Below, in pieces: positions 9,522 to 19,776 of a stretch of 64,000 nucleotides of DNA. The stretch is taken from assembly GCA_013178305.1 (NCBI GenBank), contig JABLXB010000005.1:128946-192945 (forward strand), in the 5' to 3' direction. The stretch is from Bacillota bacterium. Lineage in GTDB: Bacteria > Bacillota > Sulfobacillia > JABLXB01. Position 1 is the stretch's first letter, and each line of letters opens with the position of its first letter. The notes below the pieces were generated by a model, which saw only the letters and a program-made list of their open reading frames with translations, was not told where the DNA came from and searched no databases. The position numbers were made by a program, and so were the translations under genes.

Positions 9522-9824
9522 TTGGGCAAGCAGGTATTTAAGCCCAGGAAGGTACCCCAGAGGACCTGTGTGGGTTGTCAGAGTGTCAAGGCCAAGAAGG
9601 AACTCATCAGGATCGTCAGGACTCCTGACGGGATAATTGACGTGGACGCGACCGGCAAGAAGTCCGGTCGAGGGGCGTACCTGTGCGCAGACTCCGCATG
9701 TCTGGACAAGGCCGTCAAGGGGAAGCGCCTGGAGAAGGCTCTGGGCGTTGCAGTGGATGGTGAATTGATCGACAGGGTTCGTGGACTTCTCCAGCGCCCC
9801 TCAACCAAGCCGGAGGTGAAGTGA
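9522..9824 (+). CDS. ylxR: YlxR family (DUF448) RNA-binding protein
   Basis: [11 protein letters not shown]...GRGAYLC signature. Conserved position between nusA and infB. No L7Ae (ylxQ) homologue follows. Confidence 0.8.
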   Translation: MGKQVFKPRKVPQRTCVGCQSVKAKKELIRIVRTPDGIIDVDATGKKSGRGAYLCADSACLDKAVKGKRLEKALGVAVDGELIDRVRGLLQRPSTKPEVK

Positions 9825-12778
9825 TGAACGAAAAGATCAGAGTTTACGAGCTAGCGAAAGAGATGCTCGTTGATAGCAAGGTCGTACTCAAGGTGCTCAG
9901 CCAGCTCAGCGTGGAAGCGAGGAACCACATGAGCACGATGGACGCTGAGACCGCGCAGAAGGTCAGGGATGTCCTGACCGGAAAGCTGAAGCTCCAGAAG
10001 ACGAAGAAGGAGCGGGTCGAAAAGCCGGCTCAGCAGCCGGTTCGACCCCCGATACCCAGACCGGCGCCCAGGCCCGTCGAAATGGACGCGCCACCGAGGC
10101 CTCCGGCGCAGGGTAAGGTGATAGGTAAGGGCCCGGTGGCGAGGCCGTACTCGAGGCCGCCACAACACGGGGGGCAGTATCCGGCTCAGCAGCGCCCGCC
10201 GATAATCAGGCCGGCGGGTCCGGCCGCGAGGCCCGCGTTTCCGCAGGGGGCACCGCCGCAGGCCGCCGGACCAGGAGCCGGTGTTGCACGGGTTCCGCCG
10301 AGGCCTGCGAGCGCGTTGCCGGGCACACCCTCAAAGCCCGCCGGTGGGGCTGTGACTCCGCAAAGGACGGGCGGGTTCCCCGCGTATCCGGCGGGCGGAC
10401 AGGCGAGACCTGGCGTCGTGAGGCCGCCGGCCGCCACTGGTCCGGTGCGTCCGGCGCAGGCACCCCAGCCACCGCTCCCGCCGCAGAGGCCACCGGCGGC
10501 GCCGGCTCAAGGCGCCCAGGGTCCGGCGGCGCAGCAGCAGCCGAGGCCCGCGCGGCCTGTAAGGCCGTTCCAGGCTGGCGCTCCGCAGCGTCCGCAGCCG
10601 AGGGAGGGCATGCGCCCGTCATTCCCTGGTGGTGGGCCCGGTGCAGGCGGCCAGAGGCCGGCGGGTGGATCGTTCGTTCAGGGAAGACCTGGGCCAAGGC
10701 CTGGTGGGTTCCAGCCGGCGCAGAGGCCGGGGGCCCCGCGACCGCAGCCGGGCTACGGTGGACCGAGACCCGGGGCGGGACCGAGACCCACATTCGGGCC
10801 GGGCGCGGGCGGACAGAGACGACCGGGTGGCCCGGGAGGTCCTGTGCAAGGACCGCAACGGCCCCAGCAGGGTCAGAGAGGCCAGAAGAGGCGAGACTAC
10901 CATGGTGGAAGATCCGGCGGCGGGGACCGCAGGACTCCCGGATTCCGCGAGGGGCTCCTCACGAGTCGTCCTCCGAGGATGGGTGGAGGCGCGCAGCCCA
11001 GGCCGGTGCCCAGGGGACCGAGAGCGGTGAGCCTCGAGGGACCGCTCATGGTCAAGGAACTCGCGATGAAGATGGGGATCACCGCCGCAGAGGTGATCAA
11101 GAAGCTTATTTCGCTCGGCGTGATGGCCGCCATCAACCAGCAGATCGACGTTGAGACGGCTACCATCGTGGCCCAGGAAATGGGATACGAGGTGACCGTG
11201 AAGACGCCCGAGCTCAGCAAGGAGGAACTCCTCGAGGCCGAGCTGGATAAGGAAGACGCCGCCGAGGACCTGAAACCCAGGCCGCCCGTGGTGACGGTTA
11301 TGGGTCACGTCGACCACGGTAAGACTTCGCTCCTGGACGCGATCAGGAAGACCAAGGTGGCGGCGGGAGAGGCGGGCGGCATAACTCAGCACATCGGCGC
11401 CTCGGTTGTGGACTGGAAGGATCGGAAAGTTGTATTTCTGGACACTCCGGGCCACGAGGCGTTCACCGCCATGAGGGCGCGCGGCGCAAAGGTTACGGAC
11501 ATAGCGGTACTCGTGGTGGCGGCGGACGACGGCCCGATGCCGCAGACCATCGAGGCCATGAACCACGCCCGCGCTGCGAAGGTCCCGGTTATCGTGGCGA
11601 TAAACAAGATGGATAAGCCGGACGCCAGGCCGGACATGGTGAAGCAGAAGCTGTCGGAACAGGGTCTGGTCCCGGAGGAGTGGGGCGGCGATACCGTGTA
11701 CGTCCCCGTCTCCGCGAGGCAGGCAACTGGCCTCGACCAGCTGCTCGACATGATACTGCTCGTGGCCGACGTCCAGGAATTGAAGGCGAACCCGGAGAAG
11801 CGCGCGGTGGCGACAGTGGTCGAAGCGCAGCTCGACAAGGGCCGCGGTCCCGTGGCCACGGTGCTGGTGCAGTCGGGCTCGCTGAGGGTTGGAGACTGTG
11901 TGGTGACAGGGTCGGCGTACGGGCGCGTACGCGCGATGACGGACGACCGCGGGAGGCGCGTGAAGAAGGCGGCGCCGTCCATGCCGGTCGAGGTTACGGG
12001 GCTTTCGGAGGTACCCAACGCCGGAGACGTCCTTCAGGTTGTCGAGGACGAGAAGACTGCCAAGGAAGTCGCCACGTCGAGAGCGGCAAGGAGGAGGGCA
12101 TCGGAGCTCCAGGTGTCGAGCAGGATGAGCCTCGAGGACCTGGCGAACCGGGTCAAGGAAGGCGAGGTCCAGGAGCTCAAGCTCATTGTGAAGGCCGACG
12201 TGCAGGGGTCGTCCGAGGCGCTCAAGCAGGCGTTTGACAAGCTGGACATGAAGGAAGTGCGGATATCCATTATCCACAGCGGTGTCGGCGGAATAACCGA
12301 ATCCGACGTCATGCTGGCCGCCGCGTCAGGCGCTATCATAATCGGGTTCAACGTCCGACCGGACAGCAACGCCAGGCACGTGGCGGACGAGCAGAAAGTG
12401 GACATAAGGACCTACCGTATAATCTACGAGGCCGTGGAGGACATCCAGGCGGCGATGAAGGGCATGCTGAAGCCCAAGCTCAAGGAGACCGTCCTCGGCA
12501 GGGCGGAGGTCAGGCAGCTTTTCCGCATCCCGAAGATCGGCACTGTGGCGGGTTGCTACGTGACCGAGGGGAAGATCACGAAGGGATCTACCCTAAGGGT
12601 CGTTCGCGACGGCGTAGTTGTCCACGAGGCCCCCGTCGACTCGCTCAAGAGGTTCAAGGATGACGTGCGCGAGGTCGCGTCGGGGTACGAGTGCGGGATC
12701 AGCGTCGAGAGGTTCCAGGATGTGAAGGAAGGGGACATCCTCGAGGCGTTCGTGATCGAGGAGGTCAAGCCCGCCTGA
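9821..12778 (+). CDS. infB: translation initiation factor IF-2, with a Pro/Gly/Gln/Ala-rich linker of about 330 aa
   Basis: IF2_N ([14 protein letters not shown]...) and GTPase motifs [13 protein letters not shown] and NKMD, with a C-terminal beta-barrel. GTG 9821 or ATG 9824. Confidence 0.95.
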   Translation: MMNEKIRVYELAKEMLVDSKVVLKVLSQLSVEARNHMSTMDAETAQKVRDVLTGKLKLQKTKKERVEKPAQQPVRPPIPRPAPRPVEMDAPPRPPAQGKVIGKGPVARPYSRPPQHGGQYPAQQRPPIIRPAGPAARPAFPQGAPPQAAGPGAGVARVPPRPASALPGTPSKPAGGAVTPQRTGGFPAYPAGGQARPGVVRPPAATGPVRPAQAPQPPLPPQRPPAAPAQGAQGPAAQQQPRPARPVRPFQAGAPQRPQPREGMRPSFPGGGPGAGGQRPAGGSFVQGRPGPRPGGFQPAQRPGAPRPQPGYGGPRPGAGPRPTFGPGAGGQRRPGGPGGPVQGPQRPQQGQRGQKRRDYHGGRSGGGDRRTPGFREGLLTSRPPRMGGGAQPRPVPRGPRAVSLEGPLMVKELAMKMGITAAEVIKKLISLGVMAAINQQIDVETATIVAQEMGYEVTVKTPELSKEELLEAELDKEDAAEDLKPRPPVVTVMGHVDHGKTSLLDAIRKTKVAAGEAGGITQHIGASVVDWKDRKVVFLDTPGHEAFTAMRARGAKVTDIAVLVVAADDGPMPQTIEAMNHARAAKVPVIVAINKMDKPDARPDMVKQKLSEQGLVPEEWGGDTVYVPVSARQATGLDQLLDMILLVADVQELKANPEKRAVATVVEAQLDKGRGPVATVLVQSGSLRVGDCVVTGSAYGRVRAMTDDRGRRVKKAAPSMPVEVTGLSEVPNAGDVLQVVEDEKTAKEVATSRAARRRASELQVSSRMSLEDLANRVKEGEVQELKLIVKADVQGSSEALKQAFDKLDMKEVRISIIHSGVGGITESDVMLAAASGAIIIGFNVRPDSNARHVADEQKVDIRTYRIIYEAVEDIQAAMKGMLKPKLKETVLGRAEVRQLFRIPKIGTVAGCYVTEGKITKGSTLRVVRDGVVVHEAPVDSLKRFKDDVREVASGYECGISVERFQDVKEGDILEAFVIEEVKPA

Positions 12779-12803
12779 GGAGTAGCGCGAGAGGGGACGC
12801 CCT

Positions 12804-13085
12804 TTGGTAGTAGGCTCGCTGAGGATTGAACTTACGCTACCGGGTAACGATTCTCTCAAAGGCAAGCGAAGGGTAGTAAGGAGCCTGGTAGATCGCATAA
12901 GGTCGAAATTCGGTGTGGCGGCGGCCGAGGTGGACTGCCTCGACTCATGGCAGGTGGCGTGCCTGGGTTTCGCGTGCGTCAGCAACGACGCAGTCCTCGC
13001 CAGCGACGTGCTGTCGAGGATCCTGCGGTGGGTCGAGGACAACCACGACGGTTCCGTCACGAATCATGAGATCAGGCTGGGCTGA
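12804..13085 (+). CDS. ylxP: DUF503 (YlxP) family protein
   Basis: 93 aa. Conserved position between infB and rbfA. TTG start. Confidence 0.7.
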   Translation: MVVGSLRIELTLPGNDSLKGKRRVVRSLVDRIRSKFGVAAAEVDCLDSWQVACLGFACVSNDAVLASDVLSRILRWVEDNHDGSVTNHEIRLG

Positions 13086-13121
13086 CAGGTTAAGTGCTGC
13101 GCGTTTTGCGGGGGGTTCGAT

Positions 13122-13469
13122 ATGTCGTTGCGCGGCGGACGTGTGGCGGAAGCGATGAAGGAAGAGATAAGCGACATCATCCACAACCACCTCAAGGACC
13201 CGCGGATTGGTTTCGCGAGTATAACAGGGGTGGAGGTTTCGGGTGACCTGAGGCACGCGCGGGTGTTCGTCAGCGTGCTGGGTGACGACCGGCAGAAGCA
13301 GGACACCCTTCGTGGGCTCGAGAGCGCGGTGGGTTTTGTCCGGTCCGAGATCGGAAAGCGCATAAGGATGAGGCATACGCCCGAGATCGTGTTCAAGCTC
13401 GACGAATCGATCGAACGGGGCATCCGGGTATCCAGGCTCATAGATCAGGAAAAGAGGGGCGGGCAGTGA
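13122..13469 (+). CDS. rbfA: ribosome-binding factor A
   Basis: RVAEAMKEEISDII...ITGVEVS.DL..A.V.VS...PEI.F..D signature. 115 aa. Confidence 0.9.
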   Translation: MSLRGGRVAEAMKEEISDIIHNHLKDPRIGFASITGVEVSGDLRHARVFVSVLGDDRQKQDTLRGLESAVGFVRSEIGKRIRMRHTPEIVFKLDESIERGIRVSRLIDQEKRGGQ

Positions 13470-14473
13470 AAGGCCTGCCCCTTCTGCTATCCGTATTCAG
13501 AAACGAAAGCGATTTCGTACTGGTGCCGCACGTCTCGCCAGACGGTGACAGCATCGGGTCGTGCCTGGCCCTGGGACTTGCGCTTGTGCGCAGGGGGAAG
13601 AAGGCGCAGGTCGCGCTGGACGAGGCGTTTCCATCGAGATACGGCTTCTTGCCCGGGGCAGTGGAAGTCCGGCCATCGTCGCCGAAGGTTGGGCGCTACA
13701 TCGTGGTCACCCTGGACTGCACGGACCTGTCCCGGTGCGGTGTGCGCCCGGAACTGATCCAAGGGGCGTCCGCTATCGTCAACATCGATCACCACGTTTC
13801 AAACTCCTTTTTCGGGGACTACCAGTTGGTCGACAGCGCCGCGTCGGCGGTGGGCGAGATCGTGTTCGACCTCCTTCAGGAGCTCGGCTGGGGGATCACC
13901 GCAGGCGAGGCGACGTGCCTGTACACCGCAATAATAACCGACACCGGTTCGTTCAGGTTTGAGAACACCACCTCCAGGTGCCTCGAGGTATGCGCGTCGC
14001 TCGTCAGGGCCGGGGCCAGGCCTAGCAGGATCGCGGAAGAGGTATACGAGACCGCGTCGCTTCCGGCGACCGTACTCCTGGGGAAGGCGCTGTCGAGCCT
14101 GAGGCTGGACGACACGGGGCGCGTCGCGTGGATGACCATTTCTGCCGCGGACTTCGAGTCCGCAGGGGCATCGAATGAGGATACGGAAGGGATAGTCAAT
14201 TACGCAAGGATGGTTGAGGGAGTGGAAGTCGGAGTCCTGTTCAAGGAGCTAGGAGACCGGCAGGTGCGCGTGGCGTTAAGGTCGAGACGGTCCGTGAACG
14301 TCAGCAGGATCGCCTCGCTGTTCGGAGGAGGCGGACACCCCCGCGCGGCGGGCTGTACCGTGGCCGGGTCCGTGGAAGACGCGTACTCGGCTGTGATCCC
14401 CGAGGTGCTCAGGGCTGTCAAGGAAATGGACAAGGCCGTGGGCGGAGTTGTTCGCGATGCGGCGGAATCCTGA
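13466..14473 (+). CDS. nrnA: DHH/DHHA1 phosphoesterase, NrnA-like oligoribonuclease/pAp phosphatase
   Basis: PDGDSIGS and NIDHH motifs, and a C-terminal GGGH (DHHA1). GTG overlaps the rbfA stop. Confidence 0.8.
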   Translation: MKGLPLLLSVFRNESDFVLVPHVSPDGDSIGSCLALGLALVRRGKKAQVALDEAFPSRYGFLPGAVEVRPSSPKVGRYIVVTLDCTDLSRCGVRPELIQGASAIVNIDHHVSNSFFGDYQLVDSAASAVGEIVFDLLQELGWGITAGEATCLYTAIITDTGSFRFENTTSRCLEVCASLVRAGARPSRIAEEVYETASLPATVLLGKALSSLRLDDTGRVAWMTISAADFESAGASNEDTEGIVNYARMVEGVEVGVLFKELGDRQVRVALRSRRSVNVSRIASLFGGGGHPRAAGCTVAGSVEDAYSAVIPEVLRAVKEMDKAVGGVVRDAAES

Positions 14474-14489
14474 AGTGCAGGGGGCGGCG

Positions 14490-15512
14490 ATGCCCGTTGG
14501 ACCCGACGGAGTTTTGAACCTCCTGAAGCCCCCGGGCATGACTTCCCACGACATCGTCTACCGCGTCAGGAGACTGGGTTTTCCAAAGGCGGGGCATACG
14601 GGGACGCTCGACCCCGGAGCCGCCGGCGTCCTGCCGGTCTGCGTGGGCAGGGCCACGAGGATATCCGAGTACCTCGGCGCCCTCGGGAAGGGGTACCGCG
14701 CCGAGATTACCCTCGGGGTTACCACGAGCACCGACGACGGTTCGGGTGCGGTAGTTTCCAGGACTGACGCATCTCAGGTTACGAACGACGATGTCGAGCA
14801 GGCCCTCGTGAGGTTCGTCGGTGAAATGGAGCAGGTGGCGCCGGTTCTTTCGGCAAAGAAGTTCCGGGGCGTCCGGTCCTACGACATTGTGAGGGCCGGT
14901 GGGGTCCCTGAGCGCCGTACGGTGAGGGTCCGTGTCTACGCCGCGAAGCTCGTACGGTTCGAACCCGGCGCGGTGGCGCGCGCCACGGTGGACATCTCGT
15001 GCTCCAGCGGGACATACGTCAGGAACATCTGCTCCGACCTGGGTCGAGCGTTGGGCTGCGGCGGGTATATGTCGTTCCTCCTCCGCACGCGAAGCGGCCC
15101 GTTCCGCCTCGCGGACGCGCTGACCCTTGAGGAGATGTCTTCAGCGCTGGAGGGGGGGCTCCCGGCTTCCGAGACTGCAGGTCCTGGTTGCGCGGGGGCG
15201 GGTCCGCTCGCCCGCGGCTTCGCAGGCATGGCGGAGGCGCTCTCGTTCATGCGCGGCGCCGTGCTGGCGGCGCCGGCCGTTGAAAGGGTATTGAATGGGC
15301 ATGCCCCGTCCGTGGAAGACGTCCTCCGGTGGGTGAGCGCCGTTTCAACCCGGGCCGGAGACGTTGAGGGCGCCTTACCCGGCGACGAGGGGCTTTTCCC
15401 GGGGCTCGTGAGACTCATATCGGAGGAGGACAGGCTTGTGGGGATAGCGAGGGTTGACGGATCGCCCTGGAGCGAAGCCGGCAGTATCGCCCTCGAGAAG
15501 GTATTCCCGTGA
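14490..15512 (+). CDS. truB: tRNA pseudouridine(55) synthase TruB with a C-terminal PUA-containing extension
   Basis: GVLNLLKPPGMTSHD..GHTGTLDP catalytic-Asp motif. ATG 14490 preferred over the 14448 track start. Confidence 0.9.
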   Translation: MPVGPDGVLNLLKPPGMTSHDIVYRVRRLGFPKAGHTGTLDPGAAGVLPVCVGRATRISEYLGALGKGYRAEITLGVTTSTDDGSGAVVSRTDASQVTNDDVEQALVRFVGEMEQVAPVLSAKKFRGVRSYDIVRAGGVPERRTVRVRVYAAKLVRFEPGAVARATVDISCSSGTYVRNICSDLGRALGCGGYMSFLLRTRSGPFRLADALTLEEMSSALEGGLPASETAGPGCAGAGPLARGFAGMAEALSFMRGAVLAAPAVERVLNGHAPSVEDVLRWVSAVSTRAGDVEGALPGDEGLFPGLVRLISEEDRLVGIARVDGSPWSEAGSIALEKVFP

Positions 15513-15525
15513 TGCCGTAGGCACG

Positions 15526-16605
15526 ATGTCAGACGACACGCTCACCAATTCGCACGATGACGGACTGCAGGGGATCCCGCACGTCGTGTTCAACCTCGAT
15601 GAAGCCGCCTCCGGCCCAGGGCCGAGGGCGGTGGCGGTGGGTTTCTTCGACGGCGTGCACGCCGGTCACCAGGCGATCATCCGCAGGCTCGTGAGCGAGG
15701 CGCAGGGAACGGACCTGCTCCCGACCTGCCTGACGTTCGAACCCCACCCGTTGCAGGTTGTGGGCAACGGCCCGGGTGGACCGCCGATGCTCACCACTCT
15801 GGAGGAGAAAGTCTCGATAATGAACCGCATGGGTGTTAGGCAGTGCGTGGTCGCGCCATTCACACCCGAATTCGCTGGGATCAGTCCTTACGAATTCGCG
15901 CGAGGGGTACTGAAGGAAAACCTCGACGCACGCGTCGTGCTGGTGGGGTACAACTTCACGTTCGGCAGCGGTGGAACCGCGACTGCTGAGGACCTCGGGC
16001 GGCTCGGACGGGACCTCGGTTTTCGGGTCATCATCGTAGAACCCGTGATCGTCTCGGGGGTTCCCGTGTCGAGCACTGCGGTGAGGCAGGCTGTGTCGCG
16101 CGGGGACATGGCGGCGGCCCGCGAGATGCTGGGAAGGCCCTATTCCGTCAGTGGGAGGGTTGTCCACGGGGACGGGAGGGGCCGCACGCTCGGGGTCCCG
16201 ACGGCGAACCTCGATGTCCCGCCGGGGAGGCTGTTGCCCTTGCGGGGGGTATATGCGACGGTCGCGGTCGCGGGCGAATTCCGCGCGGCGTCTGTAACCA
16301 ACGTGGGGTCGAGGCCAACGTTCCTTGGGTGCGCGGGTCCCGCGACGCCGCTACAGGGCGCGCCGGATGCGGGGCCCGGCGCAGTCCGGGTGGCCGTCGA
16401 GACGCACATCCCCGGGTTCTGCGGTGACCTTTACGGCCGGACGCTCGAGGTCCGGTTTCTGAAGAGATTGAGGGACGAGAGGCGGTTCGAGAGAAGGGAG
16501 GACCTGGTCAAGCAGGTGCTCGCCGACGCGCTGGCCGCGCTGGATCTCGTCTCACACGACACGCCGGGGGGAGGCTGGTCCGGTGACAGCGTTGAGGGCT
16601 TGTGA
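15526..16605 (+). CDS. ribF: bifunctional riboflavin kinase / FMN adenylyltransferase
   Basis: GFFDGVHAGHQ adenylyltransferase motif and a C-terminal flavokinase domain (VVHGDGRGRTLGVPTANL). ATG 15526, just after the truB stop. Confidence 0.85.
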   Translation: MSDDTLTNSHDDGLQGIPHVVFNLDEAASGPGPRAVAVGFFDGVHAGHQAIIRRLVSEAQGTDLLPTCLTFEPHPLQVVGNGPGGPPMLTTLEEKVSIMNRMGVRQCVVAPFTPEFAGISPYEFARGVLKENLDARVVLVGYNFTFGSGGTATAEDLGRLGRDLGFRVIIVEPVIVSGVPVSSTAVRQAVSRGDMAAAREMLGRPYSVSGRVVHGDGRGRTLGVPTANLDVPPGRLLPLRGVYATVAVAGEFRAASVTNVGSRPTFLGCAGPATPLQGAPDAGPGAVRVAVETHIPGFCGDLYGRTLEVRFLKRLRDERRFERREDLVKQVLADALAALDLVSHDTPGGGWSGDSVEGL

Positions 16606-17917
16606 CATCATCCAGAAGAAGCGTGACGGCTTATCCCTTGAAGCGGAAGAGATCCGGTTCATAGTCCACGGGTTCGCGCGTGGCGAGGTCCCCGACTACC
16701 AGATGGCGGCGTTCCTGATGGCTGTGTATTTCCGGGGAATGACACCGGAGGAGACCGCGGCGCTGACCATGGCGATGGTGGACTCGGGTGACACCGTCGA
16801 CCTGTCGGCGCTCCCCGGCCGCAAAGTGGACAAACACAGCACTGGAGGGGTCGGCGACAAGACCAGCCTGGTGCTGGGCCCCATGGTGGCCAGCGCCGGC
16901 GCCCTCGTCCCCAAGATGTCCGGGCGCGGGCTCGGCCACACGGGTGGGACCCTCGACAAACTCGAATCCATACCCGGTTTCAGGGTGTCGCTCGGCCTGG
17001 ACGAGTTGTTGTCGAACGTGCGCAGGGTGGGGATAGCGATAGCGGGTCAGACCGCGAGGCTGGTGCCCGCCGACGGCAAAATGTACGCGCTGCGCGATGT
17101 GACCGCGACAGTGGACAGCATCCCGCTGATCGCCTCGAGCGTCATGTCCAAGAAGATAGCCGGGGGCGCGGATGCGATAGTCCTCGACGTCAAGTTCGGG
17201 TCCGGGGCGTTCATGAAGACCTACGAGGGCGCGGTCTCGCTCGCCGAGGCCATGGTGCGCATAGGCAGTCTCGTGGGCAGGGAGACAACGGCAGTCATAT
17301 CCTCGATGGAGCAGCCTCTTGGGGTCGCCGTGGGCAACGCCCTGGAAGTCCGGGAGGCCATCGAGACCCTCTCGGGGCACGGACCGCTGGACCTGCTCGA
17401 CCTGTGCCTCACGCTCGGCTCGCTGATGCTGGTGGCAGCCGGAAAGGCGCAACACACGGCGGGGGCGCGGCGAATCCTGGAGGACGTTATCGCGTCCGGC
17501 GACGCGCTCCGCAAGTTCGCCGCGCTGGTTGAAGCGCAGGGCGGGGACCCCAGAGTAGTCGACGACCCGTCGATCTTGCCGCGTGCGCCGGTTATCACGG
17601 CAGTTGAGTCCACTGCGGCGGGTTACGTGGAGGGGATAGACGCCCTCGCGGTAGGAAGGGCGGCCATGGTGATGGGCGCAGGCCGCCAGACGAAGGAGTC
17701 ACCGGTGGACCATGCGGTCGGCATTGTACTGCTGAAGAAGGTGGGTGACCCCGTGGAGGCCGGCGAGCCGCTCGCGTCGTGCCATTTGCGCGACCTGCCG
17801 CAAGCCGGTACGGCGTCCTCGATGGTACGCGCGGCGTTTCGCGTCTCGCGGGCGAAGCCGGTTCCCTCGAAACTCGTCCGCGCAATAGTAACGTGGCGGG
17901 GGGTGGAACCGGTATGA
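16583..17917 (+). CDS. pdp: pyrimidine-nucleoside (thymidine) phosphorylase
   Basis: IIQKKRDG...KVDKHSTGGVGDKTSL..SGRGLGHTGGTLDKLE motifs. 444 aa. Confidence 0.9.
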   Translation: MTALRACDIIQKKRDGLSLEAEEIRFIVHGFARGEVPDYQMAAFLMAVYFRGMTPEETAALTMAMVDSGDTVDLSALPGRKVDKHSTGGVGDKTSLVLGPMVASAGALVPKMSGRGLGHTGGTLDKLESIPGFRVSLGLDELLSNVRRVGIAIAGQTARLVPADGKMYALRDVTATVDSIPLIASSVMSKKIAGGADAIVLDVKFGSGAFMKTYEGAVSLAEAMVRIGSLVGRETTAVISSMEQPLGVAVGNALEVREAIETLSGHGPLDLLDLCLTLGSLMLVAAGKAQHTAGARRILEDVIASGDALRKFAALVEAQGGDPRVVDDPSILPRAPVITAVESTAAGYVEGIDALAVGRAAMVMGAGRQTKESPVDHAVGIVLLKKVGDPVEAGEPLASCHLRDLPQAGTASSMVRAAFRVSRAKPVPSKLVRAIVTWRGVEPV

Positions 17918-18390
17918 GCGTCGCTGCAAACGCCGCGCCTGCGGACCGGGGCACCCAGCCTGCAACCGCTGTTCCCGAGTTCAAGGCGCACGGCCGCGGA
18001 CTGTCGGAATCCGAGCGGCTGCTGCTCGAGGCGGCGTTCCTTGCGAGGGAGAGGGCCTACGCACCCTACTCCGGCTTCAAGGTCGGGGCCGCCGTGATGT
18101 GCTCGGAGGGGCGCCTCGCGAGCGGCTGCAACATAGAGAACGCTTCGTATGGACTGACTGTCTGCGCCGAGCGGGTGGCCGTGTTCAGCGCGGTATCCTC
18201 GGGGTGCGCTTCCATCGAGGTGATCGCGGTAGTAGCTGACTGCCCCGAACCGGTAACGCCCTGCGGCGCGTGCCGCCAGGTGCTTGCGGAATTCGCGCCG
18301 AAAGCGGTCGTACTCATGGCGAACCTCGAGGGCAGGGTCGCCGTGTCCACGGTGGACTCCCTGTTACCGGGGGCATTCTCGCTCAGGTAA
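17914..18390 (+). CDS. cdd: cytidine deaminase
   Basis: ATG overlaps the pdp stop (ATGA). CAER..PCGACRQ zinc motifs. The track ORF starts earlier, inside pdp. Confidence 0.85.
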   Translation: MSVAANAAPADRGTQPATAVPEFKAHGRGLSESERLLLEAAFLARERAYAPYSGFKVGAAVMCSEGRLASGCNIENASYGLTVCAERVAVFSAVSSGCASIEVIAVVADCPEPVTPCGACRQVLAEFAPKAVVLMANLEGRVAVSTVDSLLPGAFSLR

Positions 18391-18534
18391 GGGATTCCTG
18401 ATCAGCGTCCCCCCAATTCGTCTGCGCCACGGACGGCCCCGCAGGAGTGTCCGGGTTCACGTGGAATAGAACGTTGGATGAAAAAGGGTCGCCTGGGTTC
18501 GTGTACCCTGAGGCGACCGGGAGGGGGAGTAAGG

Positions 18535-19665
18535 GTGAACCTCAAGAGAGTCCTGACGCTGGTTGTGATCGCCGCGCTCGTCGCTGGAGTCGCGCTCGGC
18601 GGTTGCGCCAAGCAGGAGCCGCCGAAGCCGGCAGCGCCGGAGAAGCCCGCACAGCCCGCGCAGCCGGCCCCGCCGCCGCCACCCGCGCCGAAGAAGCTCA
18701 AGGTTGGCCTCGTGTTCGATGTGGGCGGTCGCGGTGACAAGTCGTTCAACGACATGGCGTACGCCGGGCTCGACAAGGGCGCCAAGGACTTCGCCGACAA
18801 GATAGAGATCAAGTACCTCGAGCCCTCCGGCGGCGGCGAGAACAGGGAGCAGCTGCTGAGGCTTCTCGCCGAAGACAAGTACGACCTCATCTTCGGTGTC
18901 GGGTTCCTGTTCACCGACCACATCGCCAAGGTAGCCAAGGAATACCCCAACGTGAAATTCGGCCTGATCGACGGGTTCGTGCCCGACCTGAAGCCAGAGT
19001 CCAACGTGGCCTGCCTCCTCTTCAAGGAGCAGGAGGCGTCGTTCCTGGTTGGAGCGGCCGCGGCGCTCAAAACGAAGACCAGCAAGATAGGCTTCGTCGG
19101 CGGCATGAAGATCCCATTGATTGAGCGGTTCGAGATGGGGTACATGGCCGGCGCCAAGTACGTCAACAAGAAGATCGAAATCAAGGGCGCGTACATCGGG
19201 ACGACGGGCGACGCGTTCAAGGATCCAGTCAAGGGCAAGGAGCTTGCGAACGCCCAGTTCAACTGGGGCGCCGACATCGTTTACCACGCGTCCGGCGCAT
19301 CGGGCATCGGCGTAATCGAGGCTGCCGCCGCCAAGCAGAAGATGGCGATCGGCGTCGACGCCGACCAGACCCTCACCGCGAAACCCGAGCAGCAGAAGTT
19401 CATCCTTACGAGCATGCTGAAGAGGGTTGACGTGGCCGTGTATAATACCATACAGGCCCTCGTTGAGAAGAAATTCCAGGGCGGCTACACGGTGTTCGGC
19501 CTCGCCGAGGACGGCGTCGGATACGCGGTCAACGACGTCAACAGGGACATGCTCAAGGACATCCAGCCGAAGCTCGAGGAGATCAAGAAGAAGGTCGTTT
19601 CGGGCGAGATCAAGGTTCCGTTCGACAAGAAAACCTACGACGAGTTCGTAAGGAGTCTGAAATAA
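18535..19665 (+). CDS. BMP-family ABC transporter substrate-binding lipoprotein (nucleoside-binding, NupN/PnrA/Med-like)
   Basis: GTG 18535 preceded by a GGAGGGGGAG SD. Signal peptide with an LGGC lipobox, then a Pro-rich linker and a BMP fold. Confidence 0.8.
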   Translation: MNLKRVLTLVVIAALVAGVALGGCAKQEPPKPAAPEKPAQPAQPAPPPPPAPKKLKVGLVFDVGGRGDKSFNDMAYAGLDKGAKDFADKIEIKYLEPSGGGENREQLLRLLAEDKYDLIFGVGFLFTDHIAKVAKEYPNVKFGLIDGFVPDLKPESNVACLLFKEQEASFLVGAAAALKTKTSKIGFVGGMKIPLIERFEMGYMAGAKYVNKKIEIKGAYIGTTGDAFKDPVKGKELANAQFNWGADIVYHASGASGIGVIEAAAAKQKMAIGVDADQTLTAKPEQQKFILTSMLKRVDVAVYNTIQALVEKKFQGGYTVFGLAEDGVGYAVNDVNRDMLKDIQPKLEEIKKKVVSGEIKVPFDKKTYDEFVRSLK

Positions 19666-19776
19666 CTCGCGTTGTGGAATGGGCCGGGGGCGGCGGTTAT
19701 TCCGGCGCCCCCGAAGGGACCGGGCGGGGGTGGAGGTAGATCCACCTCCGATTTTGTCGTCCGAGGGGGAACTCCC

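Noticed and set aside
10619-12277. 552-aa ORF on the minus strand antisense to infB, plus other 100-200-aa ORFs in 9851-10793
   Set aside because: It lies entirely inside the well-supported infB gene. The product is Arg/Pro/His-rich low-complexity sequence. This is typical stop-codon depletion on the antisense strand of high-GC coding DNA.
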